Positions 59,701-64,000 of a stretch of 64,000 nucleotides of DNA are shown piece by piece. Both the position numbers and the translations under genes were made by a program. Within the stretch, counting starts at the first letter, position 1, and each line of letters begins with the position of its first letter. Source of the DNA: Catajapyx aquilonaris (taxonomy: Eukaryota); NCBI GenBank assembly GCA_000934665.2, contig KZ538047.1, forward strand, positions 1 to 64,000, in the 5' to 3' direction. The notes under the pieces were generated by a model. That model searched no databases, was not told the origin of the DNA, and worked only from the letters and a program-made list of their open reading frames with translations.

Positions 59701-62700
59701 TTTTTTCCCCCAATCTTTTTTCGCCCCCCCATTTTTTCCCCCGGATTTTCTTTTCCCTGGAATCCCAAGTCCATCCGAATGTGTAGAGGAAGATGATCTG
59801 AGGAAACAAGCTGGAGGCGGAGGGATAAAATTGGAGACAAATCTGGGAGCGGAGTTGGGAGGCAGCAGAAGTTGCGTCTGCATAATGAAGTCGACCACAT
59901 TTGCTCTGGGAGAGAGGTCTCCGCATCTTTTTTCCTTTTCCTTTTTCTTTTCTTTCCTTCTTTTTTTGTGGGCTGCAAAAAGCTATTCTGTGCTTTTGCT
60001 TGGAGGTGGACGGAAGGCGGAAGAAATATGTGTCCCATATCCTGTGCCACTCTCGTCCAATGGGTCCGGCTCAAGGCTCGGTTTCAAGTATGGTGGTGGG
60101 GGGCGACGGAAAAAAAAAGCCCTGGAGCACAGATGGAGTGGCCTTCCAGATTATCTAACGGAATACAATCACTCTCTGCCTCACCAAACTCTCATAAACA
60201 GTTTGTTGCGCACAAGGAGACGAGAAAAAAAAGAGTTAGGAAATGGGAAGGTGCACTTTTGTCGATGGCCCAAACGTACTTGCCAACTCCGGTTTGAAAA
60301 ATTGGGCGCAAATCGAGGGAACCGCGGTTAGTGTCGTAATTCAACATCCGAGTTGAAGGCTATAAATTCTATAGGAACGAACTTGTAAGTGAATTAATAA
60401 CACCCACAAGTGAAAAAAGGTGTTTCAGGCCACTATTTTCTGCACCAAAAAATAATACTGGTAATGTTGTGGTGGATCTTTGCATTAGTGGACAAGTGTG
60501 AAAAGCAATCAAGGTATGTGTATATTTTTTGCGTGTCTCAGTTTCATGCAATTGTGATCATATGCTTGTTCATATCATGGATGAAAACAGTCCCTTTGTC
60601 CTTTTATATTCAGTGTAACTACTGGCGACAATCACGGACAGTTTTACCATTTTTGGTGGTCGAGATAGTCGCCAAAATAAAAGTTGGCTTCTGACAAAAA
60701 GTAGGCATTCGTATCGCTTTTCAGTGAGTTTATACCAAAGCGAATTACTAGTCGGAACCGGCTTAATATTGGCTGCCTGCTCAACAAAATTGAACACAGC
60801 CATAGTACAGAGGCCATTAACATTTTTTGGCATCCAACTTTTTTTTATAGGTTTGGCCTGAGGGAATTGCGGGCACGTTGAAGGACTTTGTCAGGCGTCA
60901 CTGAGGTGCATTAGCTTGCTTTTCAAATGTCGGCTTCTGAGGTTGACTCCCTCTGTTGTATATAAGACGACGGATTTTTCCCGGGGTGAGCGTTAAGAAA
61001 AGTATTGGCACGAGTCCTACTCGTTTTTTCTAAATATTGTTATTTTGAAATGTAGCCCACCGCAGGAGAATTGTTTTCTTCCACCTCGCACTATCTCATA
61101 CTTCATCGTTTACAGGTATCCGCACTCTTGTTGCTAAGAATGGAAACAGTAAATAAGAGCAGGTTACTCTACACTATGCTCTAAAATAAACTATGCTTCC
61201 AGAGAGAGTGTATTTTTCTCCTGTACAATGCCGTCATTGGGTATGACCTATATTGTCAGCAGAATATATTTTTTTGCATATTCTCTGAGACGATCCCAAG
61301 ATATTTTGTTTGAATGTCATACACAATTTGTTAACTGCTTCCGATGCTGCTTATTACGTTGATGAGAAATATTTATGGAACATTGCGAGTTCAATTATTT
61401 GGGATAATGAATTGCTGCTTTTTGGCCGTGTTGACATAAACTAACAGAATCTATAACCGCATTCATGTCGGGTGCAGTCCATATCGGAAGCATAGTTGTG
61501 GCATATATTCCAAAGAGCCAACTATTTCTTGCGACGGCCACAGCAGAGGCTTTTGATATAATTATAAACCCAGGTTGCTGTGATGTTCTGTGAACCAAAA
61601 AGGTATACGGGCTTGGAGTCTGAACTTGCACAATAATAATACTATACTTGTGTAAGCCAGCCAAGCTGTTGTTGCATTATGTAGCATAGTATGACCTGGT
61701 GCAAACATATTCCACTATTATTATTGTTTAACGAAGAATGAAACAAAATTCAAACGCTTTTGTTTACCTAGTGCAGTTGCGACGAATGTCACAATCCGAG
61801 GGTATTTACTACAATCCACCTGTCAATTGTGCGGCAATGTTTAAAAAATAATGAGCGTACTGTGAGCCAATTAAATTTGAATAATGTGACATAACGAAAA
61901 TTTATAGCTCGAAGTAGCACGATCTCACTTTTTATTGCCGGTAATGTGCAAAACATTCTTGTTCCGTTAAATTGACGTGTACAGGTTGATATTGATGTAT
62001 ACAACAACAGTGTAAAATATATTTTTTAAAAATGTAATTCTCCTACAGGTGCGGTAGGCAAAGTTTCGCTGTCATCAAGCATAGAGCGCAAACAGTCATT
62101 TTATTCATGCGTCTCTTTTGATGCAGAAAACCCGGCACACTATGAAATTACAGAAAACAGGGTTGAAACCGCGATTTAGTGGATTGCAAAATGTGTGGCT
62201 ACCAGCCCTTTGCACAATGTAAACTAATACTGGCAGGCGAGTAAACTAGGATTTGTTAAGCCTAGCAAAACCCTCTTTTGAACATACATTATGTATAGGC
62301 CTATATGATACAATGCTATGCATGCTATTTACATATAGGACTTTTTCCCATTTTTATGCATACGGTCTTGTTTGCTGGTAGCATTAGTCTGTAGCGTTAA
62401 ATCAAAGGGCCTGTGTCAATATGCTACACACTGTACCACATTGAAAATCAAATTTTTGTTGTACTGCAACTGGAAAGAACGATATTCAGTGCTTCACAAT
62501 ACGAAGCCGCATGTAACTAATCAGATAGACCCGAATTAATTTTTGTGGGTTATATTATGGAAGGTATGTAATCCCATTAGTAGTAAATTTATATAGTACA
62601 GGAAAATAGCTATGCACATTGGTTTTATCGTATCATCTCTAATTTCACAGGCACCAGATAGTATGCCAAGAGGAATTTTTTATATGACAATCAGGCCTCA

Positions 62701-64000
62701 TTCATGATTTTATTCCGACATCTCACTAATTGCAACGTATGCATGGTCTCTTGCATGGTCTGGAGCTACACCAATTGGTTATCTGGAATAAAATCAGTAA
62801 CCAAGAACAGTGGATTTGTGGTAATAGCAAGTGGGTCAATTGAATGCAACTTCAGTGGTACAGTATTAATACAATTATTAGTGTTTTAGCCTGAAGCCTT
62901 AATCCACTTATCTATGAGAACTACTATGGTTTGAGACAGAACAATGGGCACAACCCGAAGAATATCCATTACCTATATTTGGAGGAGCATAGGGCATCGC
63001 AGCCCTTGTGTGTAGAGCAGGTTTCTCCGTTTGGTATTCTCTGGCTTCAAATATTACCTCGATGTAATTCTACCCGTGCAAATAATACGCCTTTGAAATT
63101 GCTCAGTAAGACATGTTGCATACAAGTGGAACATGGAATTAGCATATGCAGTATAACTGTACGAGTTTAAATATTTTGCCTTAAGGAAGTCGATACGTGT
63201 ATGTTGGTGGATAGCTCATATAATTACTTCTTGTCCAAGCTTTTGTTTCCTGGTGAAACACCTGTCACTAACCGAAAGCACTCACACTTGTCTCTCTTTT
63301 TGGCAAACCAATGACGTTCACTTCAACGAGAAGACAGCCTAATTTTTCAACAGGAAATTAGATGCGAGTTTAAACAAGTTCTTCCTAAGCACCATTTTAG
63401 CACCAGTCCGAGGAAATTCCGTCTCCATAATAAATTCAGATGTGAAAGTTTGAACTTGAAGTAGTAGAAGCGGCCATCACAGCCTGCGCCAAGCCTCCTT
63501 TCGACTTGGTCCACATAACTCGACCGGCAATGGAGCACGTATTGTTTTCGTGATTACAACTCATTTGCAAGTAGAGTTGGAGTTTGAAATTCGCCTCGGC
63601 AACGCTAACAAGTCGGTCGGGATTAGGACACGGGGCCGTATAAGAAGGACCGGTTTTCTCTCTCGAAATATGCAGACGCGAGCAATGCCCATCCCGACGC
63701 CTCCGACGACGACGACGCCCTTTTACTCCTCCAAATAAGGATCTTCTCAAACGGCTTTTGGCCCTTTCCCTTTGTCTATATGCGACGAAAGCTGTTTCTT
63801 CCGAAAAAGAAACTCGACGTTGCTAAAATCCCAGCGATTCCAAACACCCCCTCAACTAGCACCGCAGACTAATTGATTTAATAAATGTCTGCGGAATATG
63901 GCGCCAGGGAAGAAGCTGTGTCACGATCTATACCAGACAAGGAAGAAGCCTATAGGGACTCATTACATCACTTGTGTCACCAAGTGATGGTGTTACAAAT

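Noticed and set aside
59559..60331. 222-aa, 171-aa and 141-aa ORFs
   Set aside because: Low-complexity T/C and A/G tracts, no recognisable domain or splice structure.
63347..63750. Overlapping 63-104 aa minus-strand ORFs
   Set aside because: No motif I recognise; may be a decayed transposon fragment but not supportable.

Overview
Intron-containing animal genomic DNA, probably an arthropod (inferred from protein style; not bacterial). Left to right: (1) first coding exon of a minus-strand mitochondrial protein, probably ATP synthase subunit beta, head-to-head with (2) a complete 10-coding-exon PEX5 gene (+, 933-4699); (3) a convergent, complete GPI-anchored alkaline phosphatase gene (-, 8 exons over about 33 kb, 5474-38304) whose introns hold several MITEs, a TIR-bounded TATCGATA satellite and an unexplained ORF/promoter cassette; (4) a complete 8-exon WD40-repeat gene (-, 42216-44056) ending in a CaaX prenylation box (KPKRWWCNVL*); (5) a long foldback MITE; (6) a lone + strand signal-peptide exon (53732-53798) resembling ALP exon 1, whose downstream exons are not recognisable in the window. 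Exon structures were read by hand from GT-AG sites and frame continuity; no database searches were run. Best leads: the putatively prenylated WD40 protein, the mirrored first exons, the cassette in ALP intron 4 and the DRE-rich MITE.
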